Notes: generated from the letters alone by a model not told the origin. DNA of 64,000 nt from Rhynchobatus australiae (GCA_034780895.1 JAUZTB010000076.1:95934596-95998595), one strand, 5' to 3'; counted from the stretch's first letter, positions 48,430 through 62,634 are shown. Numbers and translations: made by a program.

Positions 48430-49965
48430 AACAGTGACAACTCCTGGGAACAGAGGCACTCAGGTCAAAAACTCATGGATGACCTTCTCAGCTTCTGCCT
48501 GGATCTGCCATTGGTCAAATGGTCATCTGGTACCATTTTGGAGTTGGCGCGCCAGGTCAGATTTAATTGCAGCAATAGCCAGGCTGTGCTCTTTGGCAAC
48601 TGGTCCAACTCATCCTTGTCCCCCTTCACTGTCAGATCTTTTTGCCTGAAGATGGTGGGAATAGCCATCAAAGGAGATAGAACATGTAGGCAAATAGGAT
48701 TAGTGCAGATGGGCAAGAAGGTCAGCATGGATATGATGGACCGAAGGGCCATTTCTGTGATTTTTGACTCTATAACTCTATCTAACATGTATCAAAAATA
48801 CTGGGCTGTGCACGTAGCTAAGGTGAAGCAGAACCTGGGATTGTGGCAACATCACTTCTTGATTGTGGGAAACAATGTAGTTATCAATGTGTTGTGCGCT
48901 GAGTACACTACACTGGCAGGTGTAGTCCATATTCTACTCTTGTGCTACAGCAGTCACTCCATTCATATTCATTGAGTTGTATAGCACAGAAACAGGTTCT
49001 TCAGGCTACCTTGTCCAAGCCAACTGTCGAGCACCCATCTATACTAATCACATCTACCAGCCTTCTGTGCCCCAGCAATTTCAGTTTTGTCTGGAGTTTG
49101 AAAATGCACTGTCTCTATACAAATCTCCAGAGAAGGGAGGATAAATGCACCCAATGTGGCCATAATCCTAATTGCTATCATTCTGTGTTGATGCTTTAAG
49201 CTGTACACAAAGACCAAGTATCACCATATTGTGTGATCCTATCTGACCCAGGTATTGCTAAGAATGAACCTGTTCCTGTTACCATGGAATGTCCCTTGTA
49301 ACTGGACCCTGCTGTACACATTTCCATCTTAGAAAACACATCCCAGAAGAATATGTTTGTGCATGTTATTCAGGCAGTAAGTTGTATGGAATGTTCTGAA
49401 GCCCTCTGGGAGAAGGAGATGATAGATCCTGAAGAATGATTCCTTGAGCAAACTGTCAAAGTCATTTGGCAGAATGCCTCATCACCAGAACTTTCAGTCA
49501 AAGACCAAGACCTTGATTGGGTGATGCTGAGAGGGGTGCTCCGTGTTGTTATCCTTCTTGAACAGCCAGAGTGTCATTGCCCTCAGGGGTGTTTTTGCTA
49601 GGAATGAGAGAGTTGTTCATACACTTCTGGAATGCATGTTTGCCAAAAAGGTCTGGAAAGAGAGACAGTGGTTTCTGCTGTGGCTCATCCCAAAAACTGG
49701 TGCATCAGAGGGCTCTGTTCTCAGGGATACATTGCTGGGACCAATATTAACTGCTACCGGAAGATTATCAACTCAGTAAAAGACTGCATGAAATATTGCC
49801 GGTTTTCCTATGCAAGGAAAATCCATGAGTGAATGTTGCAGACTGGACACTCTGTGGTCCAAGTCTATGTGCAGGGGGTTGCATACAAGCTTAGTGAAGC
49901 TGCCCAAAAGCTCTATGGGGAAAGACCACAGTTGAAGGTCCCTCATGCTCCAGATGAATGGCATG
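48430..49965 (+). mobile_element. Degenerate Tx1/L1-clade LINE ORF2 (RT C-terminal part and zinc-knuckle region)
   Basis: Relic peptides LMDD..LFGNWSNSSLSPFTVRS..LKMVGI (YMDD-type RT motif), VAKVKQNLGLW, VIWQNASSPELSVKDQDLDW (49461-49520) and HTLLECMFAKKVWKE. Fragmented and interrupted. Confidence 0.75.
48668..48783 (+). mobile_element. CR1 3' tail nested in the Tx1 relic
   Basis: GGTCAGCATGGATATGATGGACCGAAGGGCC...TGACTCTATAACTCTA tail, homologous to 3124-3240 in reverse complement. Confidence 0.75.
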
Positions 49966-50689
49966 GCTTCCACTAATAGTAGTGATGTATGATTGTTTTG
50001 TATTATATATGTTTGCAAATTTTATTAATAAAATAATATTATTGAAAAACAATAAATCAGTCAGAAGTCTATGATAAAGTCGAGGAAATGGCAAACAGAG
50101 CTTTTTGTCNNNNNNNNNNTACTGCATTGTGTGTGGACTAGCAGGGAAAATGTGAACTTTCTCTTAAATGTATCTTCGGTTCTGAAATTCCCTTTTTCAC
50201 CTATTTCTGTCCGGTATTTGTAATTTACATAGTATGTAAATCCTCCTGAGAACTCTGGATACAAGGTTTTTTTTAATCATTTTTGTGCTGGTTTGACTCT
50301 AAGTTGGGTCTGTACCACTCTTGTCCCATGTTATTGATAATAAATGACACTATGGAAATGATTGAAGACCAAAATTTAGGGAAGATTTTTGAGTGAGCTC
50401 TTGATTAATTTATTTCAACCTTTGTTCATTGGCTGAAGGTTCTTGCAGTTCTTTATAGCAAGTAAGTTATAAGGAGCACAATGAAATTACAAGCAAGGAG
50501 TTGGAAACAAATGCATCCTATAATGCATATTGTAGGATGGACGTTATGTCTAATAGATGTCAGTTTAGATCAGCTCCACTGAAAAAGAAAGACTTGCAAG
50601 CATATAGCTCATCAAGTCCCTTTCAACTTGGCCAAATCATTTTGCAGCCAACATAAGGTGCATCCTCTTGTGTGCCTCTAAAATATGGA

Positions 50690-51230
50690 CTATCTTTTGC
50701 AAGTATTTCAAAGCACTGAAGAGAGATTACCAATATTACTTCTGTAAAGTCCTCAAAATCAGCTGGCAAGTTAACAGATGTCAGCATCCTCTCCCAGGCC
50801 AATCTCCCCATCTTTGAGGCCCTAATTATACACACGTGTCTCTGATGAGCAGCCCATGCATTTACATGCTGACACCAGAGTCCTGAAACAGACACTCTCT
50901 TCTGAGCTCCCTCACAGCAAGAGATTGCTAGACAGACAAAGGAAATGATTCAAGGGTATTCTCAAAGTCGCCTTTAAGAAGTGTAACATTCTCACTCAAA
51001 GTGATCAAAGAGCATCTGGGATGGCTTTGGGAACTTGAGTCAACTCATCAGGAGCACAAAGAAGCACAGAGTAAGCAGCGGGAGGATTACACCACCTCCC
51101 AAATCACCCACCTGCCTCATCAAGCACCTCCTGCCTCACCTGTGGAGAGTCTGCAGTCTCATGTTGGCCTCATCAGTACTTGAGAACCCACAGAATTGGA
51201 TTGGTGAAGGACTGCCTAGGAGAGGAAAGA
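50690..51230 (+). mobile_element. RTE-clade LINE 3' end relic
   Basis: Translates to LSQANLPIFEALI...DTRVLKQTLSSELPHSKRLLDRQRK*FKGILKVAFKKCNI, resembling the RTE C-terminus (RLPKQLLYSEL..GKR..GGQRKRFKD.LK). Confidence 0.75.
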
Positions 51231-51384
51231 ATTTTTAAAGTAGTAATGTAGGAAGTGTTAGGGGAATGTTTAAACACAATCAAANNNNNNNNNNNNNNNN
51301 NNNNNNNNNNNNNNNNNNNNNNNNNNNNNNNNNNNNNNNNNNNNNNNNNNNNNNNNNNNNNNNNNNNNNNNNNNNNNNNNNNNN

Positions 51385-51560
51385 CGCATGTCTGTGGGAG
51401 CGGGGGGGGGGCGGGGGGAGAACAGGAGCATCTCACAGAAACCCACATGGTTGCTGGGAGAACATTTAAAGTCCACGCAGACAGCACCTGAGGTCAGGAT
51501 TGAACCCAGGTCTCCGGTGCTGTGAGACAGCAGCTCTGTTATCTATGCTACTGTCCTGCT
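51385..51560 (-). mobile_element. tRNA-derived SINE, 5' half
   Basis: GAAACCCACATGG...GTCCACGCAGACAGCACCTGAGGTCAGGATTGAACCCAGG; same family as the 29.1 kb copy. Confidence 0.85.
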
Positions 51561-54231
51561 AGGCCTTTTGATGTGAATCAGTACTCAAGTAACGCAGTTA
51601 GATTTTTCTGGTTTTTATTTTACCTTGGGGATGGAACGTTAATGCACAGTGTTCAGGCATAAAGGTGAGTGGATTACAAACGAAGCCATAAGTGATTTAA
51701 GCACACTTTTCCATAGAACAGCATTGCAGCTTTACTAATTTATGTCAACCACAGTGCTTTGTATTTTTGGGCAAACTACTACCAAGCAAAAGTTGTGAAT
51801 TTTGTCATGGATAAGAAATACAGGTGAGATATGTCAGATGTTATAAGCCCTGATTTTCTTGTTCCCCAAGAAATGTATTTTCTATTCTAAAGGAAAACTC
51901 ATCCAATCCAATTTGTTTTGTGTAAGTGAAGTGGCAACATAATAGATGGATGCAATGGAACCGGGAATAAATGTCTTGTAATTTAGAAAAATATCAGGTG
52001 AAAACAACTAAGAATTGCACTAATGAAAGTACAAGAGAAGGCAACTTGAATAACATGAAATCTTTTCTGCTAATAATTAAGAAGCAATATTCACCAAGCC
52101 ATCTGCACATTACTGCATCTGTTTCAAATGAGTGAGTGGTACTGCCAACCAGAAAGCTGCGGAATCCAACGGGAGGCTGAATTAGATGTTTTTGTGGATT
52201 TAATGAGGCTTGTTTGTATCCCCTGAGAGAGTAAAACACTGGATTTTTTTTTTGCTGGCTGCAAACTACTGGCTACCTGCCTAATTTCATGACCTGGCTC
52301 TGGATGGTTATCGAAGCCTCAAAAAAATCAGTATTATGCCACTTGGAAAATATTGACAAAATAATATTTTTGAAGGAAAAGCAAGCAACTTACAACTACA
52401 TGTTAGAATTTTCAGCATAGTTAGGTGTCAATCATTAGTAAGACCCAAAGGAGTCTTGATTTCTTACTGGTTGCTTGATTCTCCTCAGTTGACACTATAT
52501 TCTTACCTGTACTATTTTTCCACAGCCATTGATTTGCTTATTTAAATGGGTTAATGTCTGTTTAAAAATATTGCATGTGGAGCAGCTGAATTCATGAGGC
52601 ATTTGTAACATGGTTGATTTGTGTCTCTCTGTATGTTTGCTTGTTTCTGTATGTGTAGAGTCTAGGTTCTACCATTCTGCTGTTCAGTAAGCAAACATCA
52701 AGATTAGAGCTTCTTTGCAGCTCTTAATTCCCAGCCTCGTTGAGGAACACAGAGTTGCATCTTGTCCTGTTATGCTATTTGTATTATGGTATTGTAGCGC
52801 TGATGTCATACTTCTCCATAACAAAAGAACAACAAAATGTTTTGTCACTTGGCTTCTTTAACTGCCTCAGTCAGATCTCAGAATGAATCCTGGGCTTTAA
52901 CAGTCTTCAATAAGTGAATAATTTTTTTTCTGCCTATTGTTATAACTGTGGTCAGTCACAGTTACAGAAATATTGATGGACAGGTGAAAGCCATTTACCA
53001 GTGAGAGAGTCTAATCTCATTGCAAGAATGGTAGTAGTGGTGATTGAATAAACTTCCAGCATTTGCAAGGCTCTGTGTGCACTTCTGTAAAAAGCATACT
53101 ACTTGGAAAGGGGTACGGGCTCATGAGTGATGACATTGGTTTGAGACAGGAAAATTTCCAGAGTCATTTGGCTCCTATACAGTATCGGAGGAAATTGAAC
53201 TGGCATAAAAATACAAGGTGGAGAATTACCTAAGATGCAACAAAATGTGCAGAACAAAACTTAATCCCTGCTGCTAGAATGATTAAAATTGATAGCATAA
53301 AATTTTATTTAATCGAATTGTAAAACTTTCTGTTTGAACAAATAGATTTTTCAATCTAAAATATTGAATTATGAGAATTTAAAATTTTGTGTTTTCTTTT
53401 TTTCTGGGCTCTTTCCTGGTGTAGAATTTAATAACAAGAGATTTTATTTTACAAAGCAACAGGAAACTAATTGTTAACATTATAGCCAATAAGCACAGTA
53501 GTTTTTCTTTTCTGTTTCTGGTTATTCTGTGAAATATTAAGTTTACTTTTAAATTTAAACCAGCAGAAGTCCTGCTGTAGTTCCCTGGGTTAAGTTGCTG
53601 GATGGGCCGAAGGCTGTAATGAGTTTATTGTTCTTTGTGTTTTTGTTTCATTCCTTTGTCAAATAATTATACATCAGAGACTGTGGGAAGACGGCCAGAG
53701 GACAAGTAACCAAAGCTGTCTNNNNNNNNNNNNNNNNNNNNNNNNNNNNNNNNNNNNNNNNNNNNNNNNNNNNNNNNNNNNNNNNNNNNNNNNNNNNNNN
53801 NNNNNNNNNNNNNNNNNNNNNNNNNNNNNNNNNNNNNNNNNNNNNNNNNNNNNNNNNNNNNNNNNNNNNNNNNNNNNNNNNNNNNNNNNNNNNNNNNNNN
53901 NNNNNNNNNNNNNNNNNNNNNNNNNNNNNNNNNNNNNNNNNNGAAGAGTTGGTTCCAAAAATCCCTAATATCCTAAAGTGGGCCTATGGAAGGGAAGAGA
54001 GGTTCGTATTTGGGGACTGAGTCTGATATTCTCTATCTGGCTCGTATTGAGCAATTGTGCATTGAAGATTGGTTGACAGCAACAATGTAGCATTGATGTG
54101 GTGTCTTTACAAGGTGTTTTAAAGGAGCGTTACTGAATCATACAAGGGAATATTAGGACAAAAGAGGTAGGTCCTGGGGAATGTCCTAGACATGAGAGTG
54201 TTGGTGAAGTGTAACGAAAGGAAGAGTTATA

Positions 54232-54520
54232 TGTTAATTATAAATCTCTTTCAGCATGTCCCAAAGCAGTTTACAGCCAATTTTGAAATGAGTCACTGTA
54301 GTAACTTAGGAAACAGCTAATTTGCAAACATCAAACCCTCACAAGCAGCAGTGTGATAATTGCCAAATAATTTGCTTTTTAGTAATACTGATTGAGGGGT
54401 AAATATAGAACAGGACATTGGGATATTTCCCAGTTCTTTGAAATTATGCTATGGGATATTTTATAACAACTTGATTGACCAGATGATGCCTTGATTTAAC
54501 ATCTATTTGGAAAAACACTG
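54232..54520 (-). mobile_element. Deu-domain SINE (SacSINE1/AmnSINE-like) inside an older L2-like fragment
   Basis: TGTCCCAAAGCAGTTTACAGCCAA...TTGAGGGGTAAATAT...TGCTATGGGATATTTTA...TTTAACATCT resembles the recalled Deu-SINE consensus in reverse complement. Confidence 0.6.
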
Positions 54521-57500
54521 GGAATGAATTTCAGACGTTTGATTTGAGTAGCTGAAGGCAAGGCCACCGAAGGTGGAGTAATTAAAATTGGACATGTCCA
54601 AGAGACAGAATTGGACCACAGAGATCTGAGTTTTAGGGCTGCAGGAGGTTTGAGATGTATGTTCTTATTTGAGTATTCATTCTATGCTTTACATTTTTTA
54701 TTAAAACTATCAATAAACATTGGAACTTCGATCACCTGGCAATCATCATCTACAATTGTAACTGGGACATTCTTCTTTTACACTTTCATGCTTGGGAGTC
54801 TTGCTTTCCATGCAACATTTAGTAGAGGAGTCAGACCTTTTGAGTTGTTACAGATCACTCTTTGTTTGGTCATAATATGAAGGTCACAAGAAAAGGAAGG
54901 GCTTGGTGACTCTAGCATTTGGGCTTAACCAACATGATAACATAAGGTTGAAATTTGAATTCCAGCCTTAGCAAAATACCTTGATTTCCATGCTGACCAG
55001 TGAAGAGTTTGACTGACAATCAGGGCATTTGCTTCGTTGTTTGGTTCAACATGATTCTGGCATACGGTGCAACCTTTGGATAGGGGAATGGGGTATAGAA
55101 AAGACTACCTGGCATAATGAAGTGACCAAGAAAAAGTATAGTTCCTTTCAACAATATCTTCTGAGTTAGACTCGTACTGTTCCATAAGAATTCTGTTATT
55201 ATGTTAAAATTAGAAATCTGTGCTTCTAATTATCAGGCCATGAACTATTACTGACATTGCTGTCTTTAATGCTGGCACTGAGAGAGCATTTTTTCACTGA
55301 GATCAGTGCTATATCCATTGTCCATCATTGCATTTTTAACGAGCAGAAAGAAAATGTAGAAAGTGCAACAGTGGAATTTAAGTGAAATTGCAACTCTGGT
55401 GATGGAAATTCAAATAATGAAAAATTTAATTTGTTGTTCACTTCAATCATTNNNNNNNNNNNATTCTTCTTCCTCATTAACCGCAGATTCCAAACTATCC
55501 CCAGGAAATACACCCCAGTTTATATGGATGGCATTTTTGGCTAGGGTGTATGTTAATTGACCAGCTAAAGACCAGAAATCCACTTCAATATTTATTTTGT
55601 TAGCTTTTCATCAGCTGTTTCCTCTGGAACAGGATCTGAATGACTGAGTCCAGTGTATGCACAGTGTGTATCATGCCAGTACATGCTGGCATAATGACAG
55701 ATCCCTTATTTAATTTGTAATTGATTAAACTGTTTAACCAATTCATTTAGAATCCAGTTTTAAATACAGACCATTCTAAATCAGCTATGATTGTCACCAA
55801 GAAGTATACTTTTACTCTACATCTGTGATTCAGTACATAGGAATTCTGGCACATGACACCATGGGTTTGTGGGGTAGTATGTTTCAGAGTTTGGTGAGAT
55901 CCTGACCTTATTGTGTCTAGGTCTTGGTGAAGTGTAATTGTGTGCTTTGTTTTTCACATTTAAGCTGCTGATTACGGTAGAGGAACTATCAGTCCGTCAG
56001 CCCCTTGACCCAATGTTGTTGTGAGTGTGAGAGTTAGGATAGCTTGTGTCAGTAGACTGTTAGACCACAGGGAGCACTGCAACTTGGAATCATCGAGATC
56101 AATTCATCACTGTTGACTTAAATGCCTTCAATTAGTTTGCAAAGACCAACCAGGATTGTAGGCTTTGTGATGTTAATGGATTGGAGCTAAACTTGGTGGT
56201 ACATTTGTCCATTGAGACACCACTGCATCCTTCATTTGGTCATTTTGAGAATAAATCATTGACTTTTGAATGGTCAAGTTAATTCAGAAAGCCTATTGTG
56301 TTCTATGTGTGCTCTTAGGTGGGTGGGCTTGAAAACGTAAACAAATTTTACCAGATTCAAAATATGTAGAACCTGAACGTGTGTAGCTTGTGTACCCATC
56401 TTATCAACTAGTTTAAGAGGAGAAGACTACACTTTTGTTCTGTAATTTGGAAATATTTATTTAATCCAGTCTGGCTATAGTGAAAAGAGAACTTTGTATT
56501 TCAAGAAGCAGTAGAAGTAAAATACTTTCCTTATAACAGTCATATTAACTGAAAGGATTTCCTTGGAAAGGCATCAAAATATGAAGACTGGGTATAATTC
56601 TGTCCAGGGTAAAAAGAGAAATGCTCTTTTGCAATGCATTGTAATATGGATGTAATTTAACTTTGAAACTGGCATGAAGGACAATTTGAATAATTCAACA
56701 ATAATATTTTGTTATTGCAGATGAAGAGGATGCCACCTTTTTTTATCTGCGTCAACCCCATTCCTAGCAATAGTGAAACCTATTGGGGAGGTAAATACTG
56801 GTACTTGAAAAGGAGCAGGGGTTCACAAAGATGGACCTTTGGATGAACACAAAGCCTTTTCATGATTCAGGGTTCACAATGATTGAAAGATTTCTCTGGT
56901 CCTTCTGAGTCAGATGCATCCAGCACTAGGAATAGTAGCTGAACTTGTCTGATAGCTAATAATATGAATAATAATAGCTGGTAACTGTACTAAACTAATT
57001 GATGCTACCAATAATGTCCATTTTTGATTATGTTCTGTTTTTCACATGTTGCATGGGTTAACAGGTGATTTTGATTTTTTTTTAAATGATTACCTTTTAG
57101 TTTTTGATTATGGTCAATGCTTGAAGTTTTACTCACTATTTTGTTTTCCCTCAGCAACAGGGGCATATTTTGTTTGTGTTGTTTGTTGTATTTCTGTTAA
57201 TTTCTGGGTGCAGTGGTGACCCTAGGAGTCTTGCCCATCACAAAGAAGATCCCTGTTGTGGAGCTAAGTGTCTTTTCCCATTGCTCAAGAGTTTTTCCAG
57301 CCTGGAGTCTAATGCTGATCTTCTCATTTCTTTATATTTTACCACTATATTCATTCTTGAGTACCCATTGCTTTCTGCCAATGATTTACTAAGCACTTTC
57401 AATTTGCTTTCTTATAACGAATGTGAAGATATCAAGTTATGGGTGGCTATACCTTTGCAGCAAGGGAATGCAATATTATTGGGTGAAATTTCCTTCCTTA

Positions 57501-57824
57501 TGCTGTTGTCCTACAGGCAAAAGATGCACAGAATATTATTTCAAGAACAGAATATTGCAGAAGTCTAAAACAGAAACAGAATATTGGAAATATTCAGCAG
57601 ATCAGGCAGCATCTGTGATTTATTTGTTTATGGGATGTGAACATCACTGGTAATATGACCATTTATTGTTCCTCCCTTCTGGCCCCTGAACCAAGCAGGT
57701 AGTTAAGAGTCAACCACATAGGTGGATAGGAGTCGCACATTGACCAGACTGGGTAAGGATGCTGATTTTCCTTTTATGAAGGATATTAGTGAAGCAGATT
57801 CCATAGTTACTTAATTATTTGAAC

Positions 57825-58522
57825 TTGTATTGGTTTATTATTGTCACTTGTACTGAGGTACAGTGAAAAACTTGTCTTGCATACTGATTGTACAGGTCAA
57901 TTCATTACACAGTGCAGTTGCATTGAGTTAGTACAGAGTGCACTGAGGTAGTACAGGTAAAAACAGTATAGAGTAAAGTGTCACAGTTACAGAGAAAGTG
58001 CAGTGCAATAAGGTGCAAGGTCACAACAAGGTAGATTGTGAAGTCATGGTCTATCTCATTGTATAAGGGAACCATTCAATAGTCTTATCACAGTGGGGTA
58101 GAAGCTGACCTTGAGCTTGGTGGTACGTGCCCTCAGACTCCTGTATCTTCTACCCAATGGAAGAAGAGAGAATGTCCTGGGTGGGTGGAGTCTTTAATTA
58201 TGCTGGCTGCTTCACCAAGACAACAAGAGGTAAACACAGTCGAAGGAGGGGGGTCTGGTGTCCGTGACACCCTGGGCTGTGTCTACAACTCTGCAGTTTT
58301 CTGCGGTCCTGGGCAGAGCAGTTGCCATACCAAGCTGTGATACATCCAGATAGGATGCTTTCTCTGCATCGATAAAAATTGGTGAGTGTCAAAGGGGACA
58401 AACCAAATTTCTTTAGCCTCCTGAGGAAGTAGAGGCATTGGTGAGTTTTCTTGACCGTGGTATCTACGTGATTTGACCAAGATGGGCTGTTGGTGATGTT
58501 CACTCCCAGGAACTTGAAGCTC
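57825..58522 (-). mobile_element. Rex1/Babar-type LINE 3' end
   Basis: ORF 58198-58563(-): SFKFLGVNITNSPSWSNHVDTTVKKTHQCLYFLRRLKKFGLSPLTLTNFYRC..ESILSGCITAWYGNCSAQDRRKLQ. The 3'UTR ends with AATAATAAACCAATAC. Confidence 0.9.
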
Positions 58523-58915
58523 CTGTTGTCCTGAGATGCAGCTTTAAAGAAGAAAAGCTGCAAATTTTAAATTTTTAAAAGGTAAGAAATACATAGCTTT
58601 TTAATGTCTTAAGAGAGAGGTGAGTATTTTGGATGCACCTTTGTATAGTTATACACAAGACACTTTCAGAGATTTGTGCATTTTCAAAATGTATTCATTT
58701 GAAAATGAGTGCAATAATCTTCCGCTGGCCTTTTCCCTGTCAGGCAAAGAGAGAAACTGCATTGGCCAAGTGCAAATCTGTTCCATTGGTTCTTCTCAGG
58801 CTCAGATTTTGTCTCNNNNNNNNNNNNNNNNNNNNNNNNNNNNNNNNNNNNNNNNNNNNNNNNNNNNNNNNNNNNNNNNNNNNNNNNNNNNNNNNNNNNN
58901 NNNNNNNNNNNNNNN

Positions 58916-59009
58916 TCATTACATAGTGCAGTTACATTGAGTCTGTACAGAGTGCATTGAGGTAGTACAGGTAAAAACAATAACAGTACAGAGTAAAGTG
59001 TCACAGCTA
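58916..59009 (-). mobile_element. Second Rex1-like 3'UTR fragment
   Basis: Near copy of 57902-57990 (TCATTACAyAGTGCAGTTrCATTGAGT...AGAGTAAAGTGTCACAG). Confidence 0.8.
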
Positions 59010-59074
59010 TTTGCAAGTTTTGCAGTGGGATTTTATCTCTTTTCTTAATTAGTGGTCCAGAACTCTGGCTGCTA

Positions 59075-59480
59075 GTCACCCAGGATAAAGTAGCTCAGTT
59101 GATTGGCACCCCATTCACTATTCCACATTCCCTTCACCTCTGGCTGTAGTCTGTGCTATCCACTAAATCATCAAAGCTTCCATGATAGGACCTCCTAAAC
59201 CTGCAGCCTCTGCTACTTCGAAGAATGATGAGGTAACACTGGCACCTAGAATAGCGATGTATTTCCGAGTTAGTTAAAGTTGGAGTTTCACCTCCAAGTC
59301 TGAGAGCACGCTAACTTAGAAATATATCACCATTCCTCCAATGTTCCTGGGGGTCAGAACCCTGGAATTACTAGTCTAGAGCACTGTGTGAGTCACTTCA
59401 CCACAAATGCTGGAGCAGTTCAAGAAGGAGGTTCACCATGACCTTCTGAAGGCCAATTAAGAAACGACATTAGATGATAG
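59075..59480 (+). mobile_element. Old CR1/L2-group LINE 3' end
   Basis: CCAGGATAAAGTAGCTCAGTTGATTGGCACCCCATTCAC...GCAGTTCAAGAAGGAGGTTCACCATGACCTTCTGAAGG, homologous to 60410-60790 in reverse complement. Confidence 0.65.
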
Positions 59481-60409
59481 CAAGGTGGCCTGTTCTCATC
59501 AGATGGTGGGGTAAGAGAGAGGCAGGAAATATATAATTTTTAAAAATGCTGAAGCTTTCAATATAACAAGGTGCAGCCTGATATATGGTGATTTATGAAG
59601 TGTGTCCTAGCACATTGAACACTAATTGCTAATTCAACTGGCATAAGTGGTGCTGGTTTGATGCCAAGGCAGGGATAGATGAGAATGACCTGTGACATTC
59701 TCAGTGGGCATTTTATTGGACTGAATAGCCTCTTCTCATTCAAATCTGTGTGTTTCTTAAATGTGGCACCGTATATAAAGTTTGTATACATAATGTATAG
59801 TGACCATATAAGGCTATGGTGGGAATTCGACCCAAACCGTACTGTAGTGAGGGGTATTTATCTGGTTTCTGTATTACTGAAGAAGCCATAAATGGTGTGT
59901 GCTCTGTTGTATGTCATGGTGTAGAGCAGACAGCTGTACTGAAGAGCTACTGTAAAATGTTTTCTGGCAGCAGATTAACCAGAAAACCTCCTTGTCTGGC
60001 TAGAGCTACAATGTCACCAGTGTGCTCTGCACCATGGGAGAGTTTTAATCCAAACCTTCTGAAACATTTGCCTCTGTTACCACGGAACAATATGGCCAGA
60101 GGCACCTGCTTCACTTAAGTTCAGATCTAAACATTATTTTAAGTTTGCTGGGAATTTCTTTTCAATACAAAAATGTGACCAGCGTGCTCTGAAGGGAATG
60201 GTGAAAACTTGTGGTTAATTAGTCTTGATTTTAAACACTTTCTCTCTTCTCAGTTTTCTCCCCTGATGATAGACACTCATGCTGAATCTTTTGTGTTCCT
60301 CACCTTTGGCTGTTCTTCACACCCAAACCTAGATGATGAGTGTTAGCAGGCTAAGTAATCTTTGTAGGGTATAACGGTGAAACCCAGTTCTGTTTTTATT
60401 TAATAATAT

Positions 60410-61170
60410 TTTGGGATCTGAATGTCCCTGAAAAGTTCAGCATTTATAATGCATCTTCCTTGTCCTTGAGAAGTTGGAGGTGAGGAATTCTAGATTTCCT
60501 TACTCTACAGCATTGTGGAATATTCCAAAGGTCCAGCAAAAAAGCAACAGCAATTTATTTCCAAGGCAAGATCATGTGACTGAAGCCCCAGTATGGTGGT
60601 CAAGGTCACGGTTTTGGGAAGTACTGTTGGAATCACTTATGTGAGTAACTGCAGTGCATTTTATGGATGGCGTAAGCTGCAGCCACAGTGTATTGGTGAT
60701 GGAGGGAATGAAGGCTTATGGTAATGAATGGAATGCCCATCAAATTTTGTCCGAGATGGTGTTTGGCTTCTTGGCTGCTTTAGAGTTGCACTAAAAAGGT
60801 GAGTGGACAGTATTCCATTAAATCCTGATTTATGCCTTGGAGATAGTGGAAAGTCTTTGGGGTGTGGGGAGATGACTTGTTGCAGGCTACCCAGCCTTGG
60901 ACCTGTTCTTGTAGCTATAGTATTTATGTGGCTGGTCCAGTTGAGTTTTTGATCAATTATATAATGGTAATATTGATAATGGTGATATTTTTGAATNNNN
61001 NNNNNAGTGGTTAGACTCTCTTTGGTGGAGATGGTCATTGTTGTCTGGGACTTCTGCAGCACAAATGTTACTTGCTATTTATTAGACCTTGCCTAAAAGT
61101 TACCTAAGCCTTGCTCTGTGCATGTGTGAATATTTTCATTTGCTGAAGAGTTGCAAATGGAATTCAACAG
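60410..61170 (-). mobile_element. Old CR1/L2-group LINE 3' region
   Basis: ORF 60661-61062(-): IDQKLNWTSHINTIATRTGPRLG, the post-RT LINE motif. Confidence 0.8.
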
Positions 61171-61196
61171 TTCATGCAAACATATAGTTTTTGAGC

Positions 61197-61556
61197 AGAG
61201 GCAGTATGGTGGCATAGCAGTTAGCACTGCTGCTTCAGTTTCAGGGACCTGGTTATGACCATGACCTTGATGTTGTCTGTATTAAGTTTTCTGTTTCTCT
61301 TCATGACCGTATGGATTCCAATGGCTGCTCTGGTTTCTTCCACATCCCAAAAATTTGCTTGTATATTACTTGGCTACTGTAAATTCTCTGCTTGTGTAGG
61401 TTTGTGGCAAAAGAAAAATCAAAGTGGAACTGATGGGCACATATGTGAGTGAATAAGTTGCAGCAGTACAGGGAAAATAAAGAGGGGGAAATGGACTAAT
61501 GATACTGCTCCAGTGGGAGTTGCTATGTCTCCAGTGGGCTGAATGGCCTCCTTGTT
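61197..61556 (+). mobile_element. tRNA-derived SINE (V-SINE/HE1-like)
   Basis: A-box-like GGTGGCATAGCAGTTAGCACTGCTG head, GCTCTGGTTTCTTCCACATCCCAAA core and GGGCTGAATGGCCTCCT tail; paralogous to 44880-45240. Confidence 0.85.
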
Positions 61557-62634
61557 GTTATAAAATTAGAACATACCATTAGAACGTCGGTAGCAACAGG
61601 AGTGGAAACTTTACCTTATTATTCTGTCTCCTTTACTGGTTTGTGGGTGTTGGATTCATTGTAGTGAATGATATTGTCTCCATGATGAAGGTGAACTACC
61701 TTGACACTCATTAAGGACTATGCTTTGTTAGATGGCATGGTAACCTATGGGAGACTGCATTCATGCACTGAATCACAACTAGAAGTAGCTCTGAGTTTTA
61801 CTGAATAAGAGCATATACAGATTCCACACTCCTTGTGCTTGGCGTAAGGGAATGTCCTGCCATAGGGTAGTGAGGGAACATCTTTTGAAGCAGATTGCAT
61901 GATTGTAATGCGACCTGTTGATTTTTTGCTTTGGGCCAAATGGAAATGTTGCACTATTGAGTAGAAAGGGAGAATGGGGGAAGTGGCATAAGTTTGGATT
62001 CAGTGGCTGAAGTTCAAAATTCAGCCTTTTACCTAGGGGATATGGGTTAAATTGCCTTTTCAGTTTCCAAAAGTAAAAGAAAAATAAAAGGCTCGCCATC
62101 CCAAGAGATTTGGGGGGAAAAAAGTGCATGGACCAGTGAATCACATTAAAGTATCTCATTTGCACTGATGCAATGTCATGGATTAGTTTGTATTAGTTGT
62201 AGTAAATAATCTATTCCTCTTTAGATCAACTGTTTTTATTTCAATGTCACAAATCCACTAATTTTAGGCTTTCTGTTGATTAATTTGTTACCTTAGTTGT
62301 ACAATATTGCTTTAAAATTTCCCACAGATGGTGAATGTTGTGGTTTTTAATCAAATCTGAGTGATAGCAAATCACTTGTCCTAACCACTATGGGTGGAGG
62401 GTCATTTGGGATACTTAAGGATGCTACCACTACAGTGCTTGCAATAGAGAAAAGGACTGTTTGTGATGAGTGAGTAATGGAGAATGGCACAGTAATAAGA
62501 GTTGTGACAAATTAGTGACTTCGCTGCGTTCTTGTTGACTATTTTTTTTCATTCGTGCCGACTTATGTGAATAGTTCCAGACACAGTTTTGATAAAACTT
62601 TGGAGCTTGGGACTGACTAACTGATTTTAGTGAA

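Noticed and set aside
56721-56770. Possible BCL11A exon 3 after a TTGTTATTGCAG acceptor
   Set aside because: The phase-1 frame hits TAG after about 15 codons and shows no resemblance to BCL11A exon 3 or exon 4.
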